Positions 1 through 9,731 of a stretch of 64,000 nt of DNA are shown here, piece by piece. How positions within the stretch are numbered: the stretch's first letter is position 1; each line of letters starts with the position of its first letter. A program made the position numbers and the translations under genes. This DNA comes from Candidatus Poribacteria bacterium (GTDB taxonomy: Bacteria; Poribacteria; WGA-4E; PCPOR2b). The stretch covers positions 4,448,001-4,512,000 of the forward strand of contig OZ220744.1 in assembly GCA_965116925.1 (NCBI GenBank), written 5' to 3'. Under the pieces are notes generated by a model that was not told the DNA's origin, did no database searches, and saw nothing but the letters and a program-made list of their open reading frames with translations.

Positions 1-307
1 GAAGATGTTCAGTTATGTCTACTTCAACCTTTTCTCTACTGAAGAGTTTCAATGCGCGTTCGTACTGACGCTGGTTTTTGGTTCGTGCGGTCGAATCCCA
101 TAGCTGCTGATATAACCTCGGTTGTTTTGATTCGACAGCTTGTTTCCACTGTTGGAGGAAGGGATCAATCGCCCCAGTATCTTCAATAACCTGTAGCCCA
201 AGTACCATCGCTAGAAGGATGACGGCCGCTCCAATAATGCCGATCACACCGAAACGGGTGTTGGGATTTTGAAATGTGGTGGAAAATTCAGTTTTGCCGG
301 ATCGCAT
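1..307 (-). CDS. Membrane-anchored hypothetical protein, runs off window edge; N-terminal TM helix then NTF2-like-looking segment
   Basis: Read by hand: ATG at 307 with GGAGG just upstream; open frame MRSGKTEF...FGVIGIIGAAVILLAMVLGL...FLQQWKQAVESK to position 1; not in the ORF track. Confidence 0.7.
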   Translation of the reverse strand, partial: MRSGKTEFSTTFQNPNTRFGVIGIIGAAVILLAMVLGLQVIEDTGAIDPFLQQWKQAVESKQPRLYQQLWDSTARTKNQRQYERALKLFSREKVEVDITEHL

Positions 308-319
308 TAATTTACCCTC

Positions 320-1678
320 CTAATTAACAGCAGTACCATACCGTGGCACCGCCTCGTAAATCCGCCAGCTTTCACGGAAAATTTTCCACTCAACCCCAAC
401 TTGACGCACCCACACCTCCCGCGTCCACAAATCGTGCAGAGCGGGCACCCCTCCACTCACCGCTTTCCGCGAAAGACGACTAAACCGATAGACAGCAATA
501 ACATTCTCTCCATCTGCATCAAACTTGGAATCCGTCTCTTGCCACTCAACGTCCATCATCTTTTTCAAAATATCAACCATTTGCAGACGATTAAGATGAG
601 TCTGCTCTTCGTTGCTAGAGCGGATAACGGTTTGATCTAGCGTCGCCTCCTGAGCATACTTGCTCAAGTGTCGGTGTATATCTTTTGCTGTCCACGCAAG
701 TGCCCAATCGCTAATGACTGCTCTGCCGCTTGCAATCTGTTCATGGGTCAGTGAGGTACTGTTGGTACGAACCGCTTGTTTTTTGCGCTGCTGCTGAACA
801 TAAGCCTTTGCTTCCTGTTTTTTTCGAGCTAGCGTATCTCCCCGTCGTTTTAATACATTAGATTGATCTAGTTGTTCAATGTGCTTTGAATAGTGCTGCG
901 CTTGCGCTGCTGCCTGCGTTCGTGCTTCCGCCGCCTCCTTGCGAGTTTTATCTACCAACGATTGAGCATCTGCCAATTCACTACGCAATTGATGAATCTG
1001 ACGCTCATATTCTTCCATTTGACCCTGCGCTTGGTGCAGTTGTGTTTGGGTTGTATTCAGTTTTGACTGAAGGTAACCGCATTCGGCTTTGGTTTTATTA
1101 TAATCTCGCAATATCTCTCGGTTTGCACCTTCAGTCTCTTGAAGTTTTTGGTCCATGTCAGCTTGCAGCCGATCCTTTTGCATACCCAATTGCTGGACAA
1201 TCGTTTGAGATTTTTCTAGTGCCTCACTTGCTGTTTTCAAATTTGCTTCAAGCATAACAATTTCCGCTTCCTTGCGTTTAATGATAGCATTTAGCCCATT
1301 CCCCTCGGATTTATACATCGCTTCTTGTTCAGCAATTTGTGCTTGGGTCAAGGCGTTATACGCTAGGTGCATTGCTCCGAGTCCGTCCTTCGCAGCGACA
1401 GCTTCCTTCGCACTTGCAAGGGCATTTTCCGCCTGCTGCAAGGTATCTGACGCAAGGTACTGAGCGTTTGCAAGGTGTGCCTGTTCAATCGCCGTTTCAG
1501 ATTGTGCGATAACAGTATTGACGTTTTCCAATTGAACCTTCCCAAGGGAACCGCTGCAGGCAATAACGAGCATCGGTAGAAGGCACATCCATGTATGATG
1601 AATGCAATTTTTCTTCCAAATTATAAGCAATCCTTGTTTTACTATGCCTCTATCTCTGAGCGATTTCATTTTTTTCAA
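320..1678 (-). CDS. Putative lipoprotein: DUF4398-like N-terminus, long coiled coil, C-terminal NTF2-like domain
   Basis: Lipobox-like LVIAC; AETAIEQA...LQQAENALASA pattern; Q/E/K-rich heptads; WALAWTAKD...Y and WKIFRE motifs. True start probably downstream of 1678. Confidence 0.6.
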   Translation of the reverse strand: MKKMKSLRDRGIVKQGLLIIWKKNCIHHTWMCLLPMLVIACSGSLGKVQLENVNTVIAQSETAIEQAHLANAQYLASDTLQQAENALASAKEAVAAKDGLGAMHLAYNALTQAQIAEQEAMYKSEGNGLNAIIKRKEAEIVMLEANLKTASEALEKSQTIVQQLGMQKDRLQADMDQKLQETEGANREILRDYNKTKAECGYLQSKLNTTQTQLHQAQGQMEEYERQIHQLRSELADAQSLVDKTRKEAAEARTQAAAQAQHYSKHIEQLDQSNVLKRRGDTLARKKQEAKAYVQQQRKKQAVRTNSTSLTHEQIASGRAVISDWALAWTAKDIHRHLSKYAQEATLDQTVIRSSNEEQTHLNRLQMVDILKKMMDVEWQETDSKFDADGENVIAVYRFSRLSRKAVSGGVPALHDLWTREVWVRQVGVEWKIFRESWRIYEAVPRYGTAVN

Positions 1679-1913
1679 CTCCTGAGCGTGATTACTGATT
1701 TGGCTTAATCTTTCCCATCGGCGGACAACTACAATTCTTAATTCAGAACCTTCTTTTCCTTTTCGTTTTTTTGAAATATTCGGCTAAGGGTTCGGATAAT
1801 CCGTCAATAAAAACGAACAAAGTGAGTGAAAGGTTGCAATTTGAATGGAGTATAGCATAACATGCAACGTGAATGTTGCTGATTTGTTTCCTTTTTTCCG
1901 ATCCACCAATATC

Positions 1914-2264
1914 TCAATCCAACGTTACAAAAATACTCTTCCTCGGTTGGGCGTTGACCGCCCGGCTACGATGCCCTCTGCCGGTAGTATCTTCTGCCAA
2001 AAGGATATCCCCCGGACCGAATCGCCTTGTCGTGCCATCACCTACCTCAATGTCAACCCCACCGCTTAACGTGATGACGTATTGTCTTCGTGGAACAGTA
2101 TGCCAATCATAGTCGTAGTTAGGACCAGTTTCCCGAAAGATGATCCCTGTCGCATCTTGAAGTTGCGACATTTTGCCAATGTCACCGCTATCTTCAACGG
2201 GAATCTCTATATCCTCAAAATGAGACTCGCCATCGGAGCCAGTATAGAGACGGGTTACTTTCAT
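1914..2264 (-). CDS. Cupin-domain protein
   Basis: MKVTRLYTGSDGESHFED...WHTVPRRQYVITLSG...EDTTGRGH; AGGAGG upstream of ATG 2264. Confidence 0.85.
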   Translation of the reverse strand: MKVTRLYTGSDGESHFEDIEIPVEDSGDIGKMSQLQDATGIIFRETGPNYDYDWHTVPRRQYVITLSGGVDIEVGDGTTRRFGPGDILLAEDTTGRGHRSRAVNAQPRKSIFVTLD

Positions 2265-2326
2265 CCTTGTTTTCAAACCTCCTGTAAATGAACTAATGAA
2301 CCAATGTGCCAATTAACCAAAAAGTG

Positions 2327-3691
2327 CTACAACCTCTTGGCAAACGCTGGCCTCTCTTCCATCACCCGTTTCGCCTTAAATGCTGTGCGCTCCAAAGCCC
2401 CTTGGTCGACAAATTCCACCTCCGGTCGGAAACCCAACGCTTCCCGGAGCGCGTCTGCAGCCCTTACCTGAAGGACTGACACCTGTTCCTCAGACATTTC
2501 CTTCTGCTCCAACTCAACCGCAATAATACAGATATCTCGATGCGTTGAAACGTCATGTGTCAACCGGATACGGTACTCGGGGCTCAGTTCTTCAAAGGAA
2601 CGCACCACCTGTTCCACTTGCATCGGATAAAAGTTGACACCCATGAAAACAATCATATCGTTCGCCCTGCCCAAGATGCCCTCAGGAGAACGGGCATGGG
2701 TGCGTCCACACGGGCACCGAGATCGGTCAAGCCGCACGAGATCATTTGTCCAGTACCGGATCATCGGCGTGGCACACCGCTCAAGGTGCGTGATGACGAG
2801 AACCCCTACTTCTCCCTCCGGGACAGGTTCTTTCGTTTCGGGATCAATGACTTCAATCAAATGTAGGTCCTCACTCCAATGTAACCCCGTTTTGTGGCTG
2901 CACTCACTGGCAAAAGTAGGACCAATTTCGGCAAGCCCGTAGTAGTCGTAGGCGTCAATGCCGAGACCTCTCTCAATGGTTCGGCGTGTTGCTGGCACCT
3001 CCGTGCCCGGCTCTCCACCAAAGCAGCCAATCCGGAGATTGATATCCGATATGCTATAATTATGCGTCCTCAGTTGTTCGGCGAGATAGATGGCATAGGA
3101 AGGCGTGGCAACGAGAACGGTGCTCTTGAGACGCACCATGTAATCAATCTGTCTTTCGGTTAACGCCGCGCCGATTGGAATTACTAGGCAACCGATTTTT
3201 GCCCCGGCATAGTGCACAGCCAACCCCGCCACCCAAAGCCCATAGGCAAAAGCATTTTGCAAAATATCCCCCGGACGGACACCGACACTCCAGAGTGTTC
3301 TAGCTGTCACTTCCGTGATGTATTGTACGTCTGTCGCGCTCCAAATTGTGTTGACAGGTGTGCCTGTGGTTCCGGTGCTTGGGTGCACCTCCCGGAATGC
3401 TGTCTCCGGTGCAACGGTAAATCTCCCCAAAAACGGGTGCTGTGCCTGCTCCTCGCGTAACTCCTCCTTGTGGACAAAAGGGAACCTGCGGATATCATCT
3501 AGGGTTTTGATATCTGCCGGTGATACACCCACTGCATCAAAACGTTCTCGGTAAAAGTCGCTTCGGTGATAGCATCGATCAACCTGCCATTTGAGCTTGG
3601 TAAATTGTAACGCATCCAAGTCGCTTCTCGACATAGTCTCAATTTTATGATCGTAAAAAATCGACATATCGCGTCTCGTCTGCCTCTCCAT
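2327..3691 (-). CDS. paaK: Phenylacetate-CoA ligase family adenylate-forming enzyme
   Basis: STGTTGTP loop, YGLAEIGP, PMIRYWTND, GRANDM, GVNFYP motifs; start uncertain. Confidence 0.8.
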   Translation of the reverse strand: MERQTRRDMSIFYDHKIETMSRSDLDALQFTKLKWQVDRCYHRSDFYRERFDAVGVSPADIKTLDDIRRFPFVHKEELREEQAQHPFLGRFTVAPETAFREVHPSTGTTGTPVNTIWSATDVQYITEVTARTLWSVGVRPGDILQNAFAYGLWVAGLAVHYAGAKIGCLVIPIGAALTERQIDYMVRLKSTVLVATPSYAIYLAEQLRTHNYSISDINLRIGCFGGEPGTEVPATRRTIERGLGIDAYDYYGLAEIGPTFASECSHKTGLHWSEDLHLIEVIDPETKEPVPEGEVGVLVITHLERCATPMIRYWTNDLVRLDRSRCPCGRTHARSPEGILGRANDMIVFMGVNFYPMQVEQVVRSFEELSPEYRIRLTHDVSTHRDICIIAVELEQKEMSEEQVSVLQVRAADALREALGFRPEVEFVDQGALERTAFKAKRVMEERPAFAKRL

Positions 3692-4013
3692 GACATGGCT
3701 CTCGTCGAATTGTTGCAAGGATTTGCAGCCTTTCTAAGGTTGAAACTTGTAACATCAACTGTGAAGGATTGGGGCGGTGATTCTAAACCTTATGATTATA
3801 GCAAAGCAACGGGGAACTCTCAAGCGAAAAGGCACTTGACTTTACCGGTTTTGAGTGCAATAATTGTCATAGAATTACCATAGTTGAAAGCTGATGAGGG
3901 TTCATCGGTAATTGTTGCACAACTCCTTGTGGACGTGCAACAGATTAAAGAATTCATCTAACTCGGACGCAAAGCTGTACACTGATTTGTCCAATGCAAT
4001 AGGAGTTCAGATT

Positions 4014-5228
4014 ATGAAAATCACAGATATTGAGATTATCCCGATTTATCCACGTATCCCCGCACGCAATACAGATCATCAAGCACGATTCTCGGCTATT
4101 AACCACCGCACAATTTTCAAAGTACACACAGACAATGGATTAGTCGGCTATGGCGACTATCGTTGTTCAGCACCTGATCGGTCAACCGTCGAACCGCTCA
4201 TCGGTTGTAACCCCTTCGACTTCATCAACAACAATTTGAATATAGGGCTGTGTGGTGCCCTCTATGATGTGATGGGCAAACACTTAGAGGTCCCTGCCTA
4301 CAAACTGATGGGACAGAAAGTGCGAGACGCAATTTCTGTCGCTGCGTGGACGAGACCCGCAGCCCCAGAAGCTTTCCGCGACGAAATTCAGCGGGCAGTA
4401 GACCAAGGGTACATGACCTTTAAGATGCACACCTGCGAATATTATGACGTGATGGAGCAGACACGGTTAGCAGAAGAGGTGGCACCGGAAGGATTTAAGA
4501 TTCACTACGACTTCAACAGTAACCGTAGCTTGGCAGCAGTGCTGCCTATTGTGCGTGAATTGGAGAATCACCCCGTAGTCGGTTTCATTGAGGATCCAAT
4601 TGTCCGAAACGATATAGACGGTTGGCGACGGTTACGGGAACAGAGCCGTCTCCCAATTGTCATGCACGCTCCACAACTCGGCGGTGTCCAAGAAATCATC
4701 CACGGACTTGCAGATGCCTATATGGTTGGCGAGAGCGGTATCGGTGATAGCCTAATACGAGGGTTTGCGTGTGGGAAGGCAAATCTTCAGGTGATTATAC
4801 AGTTGACCGGTGGTACGCTCACCAAGGCACTAGCACTGCACATGGGGGCTGTTTTGCCTACGATGACAGGTCACACAGTAAACCTCGACGACCAGTATGA
4901 GGAAGATGTCACGACAGAACGGATTCCGGTCATCGAAGGATTCTCGCCTGTCCCAGAAGGTCCCGGATTGGGGATTGAGGTGGACGAAGATGCCCTAGCA
5001 CGGGTGGCGGCAAACCAACCGACGGAGATTCCTAAGCATGTTGGTGTGCTGCATATGCCAGGCGGGCATAAGATCTATACCCCGTCTTTCGCTCCGGTGA
5101 GCCGACTCACAGGGCGAGAGGAAGGTACTATCCGAGGACTCAAACAGGAACTTTGGGACGACGATGGCTCCGAGGAGTTTGCCCGAATCTATGATAGGGT
5201 GCAGCAGGAGGGGTCATTTGTCGAGTAG
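4014..5228 (+). CDS. Mandelate racemase/muconate lactonizing enzyme family (enolase superfamily)
   Basis: MKITDIE start after AGGAG, KxH (FKMH), DFN, IEDP, PEGPGLGIEVD. Confidence 0.85.
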   Translation: MKITDIEIIPIYPRIPARNTDHQARFSAINHRTIFKVHTDNGLVGYGDYRCSAPDRSTVEPLIGCNPFDFINNNLNIGLCGALYDVMGKHLEVPAYKLMGQKVRDAISVAAWTRPAAPEAFRDEIQRAVDQGYMTFKMHTCEYYDVMEQTRLAEEVAPEGFKIHYDFNSNRSLAAVLPIVRELENHPVVGFIEDPIVRNDIDGWRRLREQSRLPIVMHAPQLGGVQEIIHGLADAYMVGESGIGDSLIRGFACGKANLQVIIQLTGGTLTKALALHMGAVLPTMTGHTVNLDDQYEEDVTTERIPVIEGFSPVPEGPGLGIEVDEDALARVAANQPTEIPKHVGVLHMPGGHKIYTPSFAPVSRLTGREEGTIRGLKQELWDDDGSEEFARIYDRVQQEGSFVE

Positions 5229-5256
5229 TTCCAAAGGCTCCTGTGTCAGCAAGGAG

Positions 5257-5296
5257 GGTTCTGGAGGTCGAGGTGACCACCTCGACCTCCAGAACC
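5257..5296. terminator. Perfect 19-bp inverted repeat between convergent genes (terminator or REP-like hairpin)
   Basis: GGTTCTGGAGGTCGAGGTG-ac-CACCTCGACCTCCAGAACC. Confidence 0.6.
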
Positions 5297-5379
5297 GTTA
5301 TCGCTACCCACAATTTTTTTGTGGAAAGATGTAGATACCGTTAAGGCCTACTTACTGTTTCGTCATTTGAGTGTTACTT

Positions 5380-5676
5380 TTACAACCTACCCACAACTTC
5401 AAACCGTTCTGATTCCGTAGGCTTCGACCACAATACTGATGCGCCCTCCATTACGGCTGCCCGTTCCGGAGAAGCGCGCCAAGCGTCGTAGATTTCATTA
5501 CTTTCCCACGTCACCAACGAGGTTATCTTTGTCGGGTCGGTGGTGGAGACAAGCGTCACCCGACTAATGAATCCGGGGGCTTTACTTTGTGCTAGCCCAT
5601 TGCGGTCTAAGAGTTCGCGAGCCTCATCAAATTGTTCCTCTTTTGCCCAATGGTGAGTTAATACGCCAATCATCAT
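5380..5676 (-). CDS. Antibiotic biosynthesis monooxygenase (ABM) family protein
   Basis: About 98 aa; APGFIS, TWES, WRASPER pattern. Confidence 0.8.
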   Translation of the reverse strand: MMIGVLTHHWAKEEQFDEARELLDRNGLAQSKAPGFISRVTLVSTTDPTKITSLVTWESNEIYDAWRASPERAAVMEGASVLWSKPTESERFEVVGRL

Positions 5677-5710
5677 TCCCTCCATATATTTTGACTCATG
5701 TTAAGAAACC

Positions 5711-5738
5711 GTAGGGAACAACGATCGTTGTTCCTTAC
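5711..5738. repeat. GTAG-type REP-like palindrome
   Basis: GTAGGGAACAACGATCGTTGTTCCTTAC; near-copies at 17635-17662 and 45930-45956. Confidence 0.75.
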
Positions 5739-5780
5739 TGCTGCATCAATAAACCAATGTTTTCACATTTCACGCTCTTA

Positions 5781-7061
5781 TCATCTCATCGCAAACAACC
5801 GCCAGACCGATGCGACAATCAGCACTAGTGAAAAGGCAAGTCCCATTGTGCTCACGGCTACGATTCCTGCTTCCGCAAACACCGCACCTGTTCCCAAACT
5901 GCCTGCCCCCGCCGCCAAAGCCACCATCATCTCACTGGCACCCTGTGCCCGACCACGCTCGACAGGCAGAAGACCGCTGAAAAACAGCGCAGATCCCGCG
6001 ATAAAGCAGAAATTCCAGCCCAGTCCCAGCAGGAATAGACTAAAAGCAAGCATGGCAACCTGATTGGAAATTGGCGTTAGTACGGCGGAGATACCCAGTA
6101 TCAACGCACCGGCGACTATCATTGTTACCGGCCCTAAACGGTCTGCCAGACGGCTCGTCAGGCTCGAAAGCCCGTACATCCCCAACGTATGCGCCATTAT
6201 CACCCACGAAATCGCCTGTGCCCCATGGGCATGATGGTTCATGTGCAGTGGCGTAATTACCATAATTAGCGTCATAACGAACTGACCAATTATCATCGCC
6301 GTGACACCAAGTTTCACGGTCCTGTCAATAAAAATTTGCCACAACTTGCGTCCGGTGTTCTTCTCGTCTACCCCGCCCAGGTCTCCCGACACCGTCCTCC
6401 CTATCTTCATAGGATCAGGATACAGCAAGAGAAGGGTCAGCATTAGCGCAAGGGCAGCAAGCACTACCGATACCATATAAGGACCAGCGTGGGAATGCAA
6501 GCCGAACGTTGTCGCCAGCCAAGTCGAAGGAGCTACCAGCAGCGGACCCCCTACAGCCCCTATAGTCCCTGCGAAAACAATAAGACCAATCACCCCCGCT
6601 CGTTTGACCGGGTGATAGACCTCCGCCGCAATAAAACGCGCCTGTTCGCTCACCCCACGTCCCATGCCCATCAACAACACACCAGCACAGAGCCACGGTA
6701 ATGACTCCCACATGCTGATTGATAACACACAGAGCACTGATCCAGCTGCAGTAAATAAATACCCCAGTGCCAGACCCAGCCGCCGTCCTATGTGGTCCAT
6801 GAGCCAGCCCACAGGATAGGCAGCAATGGCTCGCCCCAACATCATCATTGTAGGTGGTAATCCCGCAGCACGATCTGTCCCACTCAGTTGTGCAGAAATA
6901 ATCGGCAAAAGTGTAAACGACAAAATCATTGATGCGCTGAATAAACTCTGCGAGATGAACAACGTTGCCGTTATCCGCTGCTGCACCGAACGAGGCATTG
7001 TTGATGTAGACATAGACCCTTTCGTTAAGAACCGGAATGGGGGCAATCCAAACCGTGCCAT
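5781..7061 (-). CDS. MFS transporter
   Basis: About 12 hydrophobic helices; MDHIGRR and LADRLG motif-A repeats; start may be 7013. Confidence 0.9.
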   Translation of the reverse strand: MARFGLPPFRFLTKGSMSTSTMPRSVQQRITATLFISQSLFSASMILSFTLLPIISAQLSGTDRAAGLPPTMMMLGRAIAAYPVGWLMDHIGRRLGLALGYLFTAAGSVLCVLSISMWESLPWLCAGVLLMGMGRGVSEQARFIAAEVYHPVKRAGVIGLIVFAGTIGAVGGPLLVAPSTWLATTFGLHSHAGPYMVSVVLAALALMLTLLLLYPDPMKIGRTVSGDLGGVDEKNTGRKLWQIFIDRTVKLGVTAMIIGQFVMTLIMVITPLHMNHHAHGAQAISWVIMAHTLGMYGLSSLTSRLADRLGPVTMIVAGALILGISAVLTPISNQVAMLAFSLFLLGLGWNFCFIAGSALFFSGLLPVERGRAQGASEMMVALAAGAGSLGTGAVFAEAGIVAVSTMGLAFSLVLIVASVWRLFAMR

Positions 7062-7435
7062 ATTTCGGCATTAGGTACTTAGCCTTCAGTTGCTGACAAT
7101 CACCCTTATCCGCAACTTCAGATTATATCTTACCACGTCCCAAATATACGGTCAATTCCAAAGTAGCGCTACAAATTTTTCCTATATTTCTGGTTGAGTG
7201 GAGTCAATTCCGTTGACAACCACCCATGGAATAACTATAATGAAAATCGCTCACTTACGCTCCCCAAATCAGACTTTTGCGCTGATGGTAAGAATTGCAC
7301 CGATAAATCGGGATTCATATCCGTTTACTCCAAGCGGTTTCTATTTTTGGACGGAGCACGTTGCCATACCCATGTAGAAGATTGGTGTAGAGAGGGCGTG
7401 GGGCGTGCTTTGACATAATTCAAAAGGATTCAAAA

Positions 7436-8470
7436 ATGCCCAGAGAACTCATTGCTGTTGCACCACGGACACCTGTGCTTCGTGAATACGAGGAGCCATC
7501 ACTCAATTCCGGAGAAGTGCGTCTGAGAAGCATCTTTTCTGCCCCCAAACACGGATCAGAACTTCGCGGCTACCGTGCCGAAACGAAAGACCATACATCC
7601 CCTTTTGAGTGGGAACGGCGGATGCATGTCGGAGAAGGGGGTCCCCCGAAATTTCCAACGCGGTTGGGTAACATGACAATCGGCGAAGTGATTGAAGTCG
7701 GTGAAAATGCCACCCGTTTTCAGATAGGGGATCGCGTTTTCGGACACCTGCCTATCCGTGAAACACACACCGTCCACGAAGAGCGTTTAGACGAAGTCCC
7801 AGATAAGATGTCATCTGAAGCGATTGTGTATTTGGATCCGGCAGGTGTCGCACTCAGTCCGGTGCGGGATGCCAAAATCGGTCTCGGCGATCGTGTGGCG
7901 GTATTTGGGCTTGGCGCAATCGGACAGATGGCGGTACAGATCGCACGGCTTCAAGGCGCACGGTGGATCGCCGCAACCGACCCAATTCCGGTCCGCCGCG
8001 AGCTTGCCAAACGTCACGGTGCAGATGTGGTTATCGATCCAATCGCTGAAGACGCTGGACTAGTCATCAAAGACCTAACAGACAAAGTTGGCGTTGATGT
8101 CTCCTTAGAGACAAGTGGCATTTATGGCGCACTAAACGATGCGCTGCGCGCCACAGGTTACATGGGAACCATCGTCTCTTCGGCGTATTACACAGGAGAC
8201 GCCCGTGGATTAAGCCTTGAAGGGGAGTGGCACCGAAATCGGTTGAAAATGATTTCGACCCGTGATGTGAGCCAACCCATCCCTGGTCACCCTTTGTGGG
8301 ACACACAGCGGCTGCATACGGAGGCATTCGCACTGTTGCAGGAAGGACGCCTTTCGGTAGAAGGTTTGGTTCATCCGATTGTCCCGTTCAATGAGTCCGC
8401 GGAAGCCTATCGTGACATCGATGAAGCACCGGAGAAAAGCATCAAGTTGGGTGTGATTTATGAAATCTAA
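7436..8470 (+). CDS. Zinc-binding alcohol dehydrogenase (MDR) family
   Basis: GDRVF, VAVFGLGAIG Rossmann motif, GVDVSLETSG. Confidence 0.85.
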   Translation: MPRELIAVAPRTPVLREYEEPSLNSGEVRLRSIFSAPKHGSELRGYRAETKDHTSPFEWERRMHVGEGGPPKFPTRLGNMTIGEVIEVGENATRFQIGDRVFGHLPIRETHTVHEERLDEVPDKMSSEAIVYLDPAGVALSPVRDAKIGLGDRVAVFGLGAIGQMAVQIARLQGARWIAATDPIPVRRELAKRHGADVVIDPIAEDAGLVIKDLTDKVGVDVSLETSGIYGALNDALRATGYMGTIVSSAYYTGDARGLSLEGEWHRNRLKMISTRDVSQPIPGHPLWDTQRLHTEAFALLQEGRLSVEGLVHPIVPFNESAEAYRDIDEAPEKSIKLGVIYEI

Positions 8471-8484
8471 AAGGAGATAGCAAA

Positions 8485-9660
8485 ATGTCTGAACGCAAAA
8501 AAATTGCAGCAATCATTACCGAGTATCGTCCGGGGTCGCACGCCGATGTAATCGTTACCAAGTTCCTGAAAGGGATTCCCACAGACGATGGGTTGATCCA
8601 GCCGCGTGTCGATATTGCATCGATGTATGTCGATCAGTTCCCTGAAAACGATCTGAGTCGCGGCTTCGCCGCAGCACATAATGTGCCGATATATCCGAGT
8701 ATCGTCAAGGCGTTGACACTCGGCGGAAGCGAGCTCGCTGTCGATGGTGTCCTCCTGATCGGAGAGCACGGCGACTACGCCTGGAACGAAAAAGACCAAC
8801 AACTCTATCCGCGCAAATACTTCATGGAGCAGATCTGCGGCGTTTTTTCAACAAGCGGCAGAGGTGTCCCTGTCTTTAATGACAAACACCTCTCCTATAA
8901 CTGGCATGACGCTAAATGGATGTTTGACCGTGCGGCGCAGCTCGGTGCCCCGTTCATGGCGGGCTCATCGCTGCCTTTCGGTTATCGAAACCCGTGGTTG
9001 GAGCACCCGTTGGACGCGCCAATCACAGAGGCAGTCTCGATCGGCTATTCGGGACTCGACATCTACGGTTTTCATACGCTAGAAACACTTCAGTGTATGG
9101 TCGAGCGGCGGGTTGGTGGGGAAACCGGCGTCGCTGCGGTGACCTGCCTGGAAGGTGATGCGGTATGGAAAGCGGGAAAAGCCGGAGCATGGTGGCGGGA
9201 AATAGCGGAGGCTGCTTGCGCGCCAATTGAGAATAAACCGTCCGGAGCTATGGAAGATCACTGCGAAAATCCCGCGCTTTTTCTGCTAGAATATCGGGAC
9301 GGTTTCCGCGGTGCTGCCCTAATGCTGAACGGTTATGTAACAGACCTAGCTTACGCGGGACGGGTCGGTGGTGAGATCTACGGCTCAGAATTCTATCTAC
9401 ACGGGGATCCACACCCACACTTCAGCTACCTCAGTTTGAATATCGAAGAGATGTTCGTCACCGGGGTGCCAACCTATCCAGTCGAACGGACATTGCTTAC
9501 ATCGGGCGTGTTGGAAGCCGCTCTGGACTCACGCCATCAAGGTTATATCCGTCTCGAAACGCCACATCTTGATATCGCATACCGATCCTACGATTCAATT
9601 CCGTGGCGTCCAACGGGACCGCGTCCTGTCGGTGCATCACTGGAACCGCTACCCGAATAA
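8485..9660 (+). CDS. Conserved hypothetical protein, Gfo/Idh/MocA-like oxidoreductase fold
   Basis: SHADVI, DGVLLIGEHGDY, VFNDKHL, MAGSSLP, YGFHTLE motifs; AAGGAG RBS. Confidence 0.7.
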   Translation: MSERKKIAAIITEYRPGSHADVIVTKFLKGIPTDDGLIQPRVDIASMYVDQFPENDLSRGFAAAHNVPIYPSIVKALTLGGSELAVDGVLLIGEHGDYAWNEKDQQLYPRKYFMEQICGVFSTSGRGVPVFNDKHLSYNWHDAKWMFDRAAQLGAPFMAGSSLPFGYRNPWLEHPLDAPITEAVSIGYSGLDIYGFHTLETLQCMVERRVGGETGVAAVTCLEGDAVWKAGKAGAWWREIAEAACAPIENKPSGAMEDHCENPALFLLEYRDGFRGAALMLNGYVTDLAYAGRVGGEIYGSEFYLHGDPHPHFSYLSLNIEEMFVTGVPTYPVERTLLTSGVLEAALDSRHQGYIRLETPHLDIAYRSYDSIPWRPTGPRPVGASLEPLPE

Positions 9661-9731
9661 TTTCTTTTTTGGTTGGACATCAAACGAGGACTAGCGGTAT
9701 TTCGCACTGGCACACAGCAACTTCCACGAAG

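Noticed and set aside
3890..3945. Hammerhead ribozyme (CTGATGA) or riboswitch
   Set aside because: No GAAA after a stem II; only two simple hairpins are visible.
7200..7420. Riboswitch or ncRNA upstream of the MDR gene
   Set aside because: Some pairing potential but no conserved motif I can identify.
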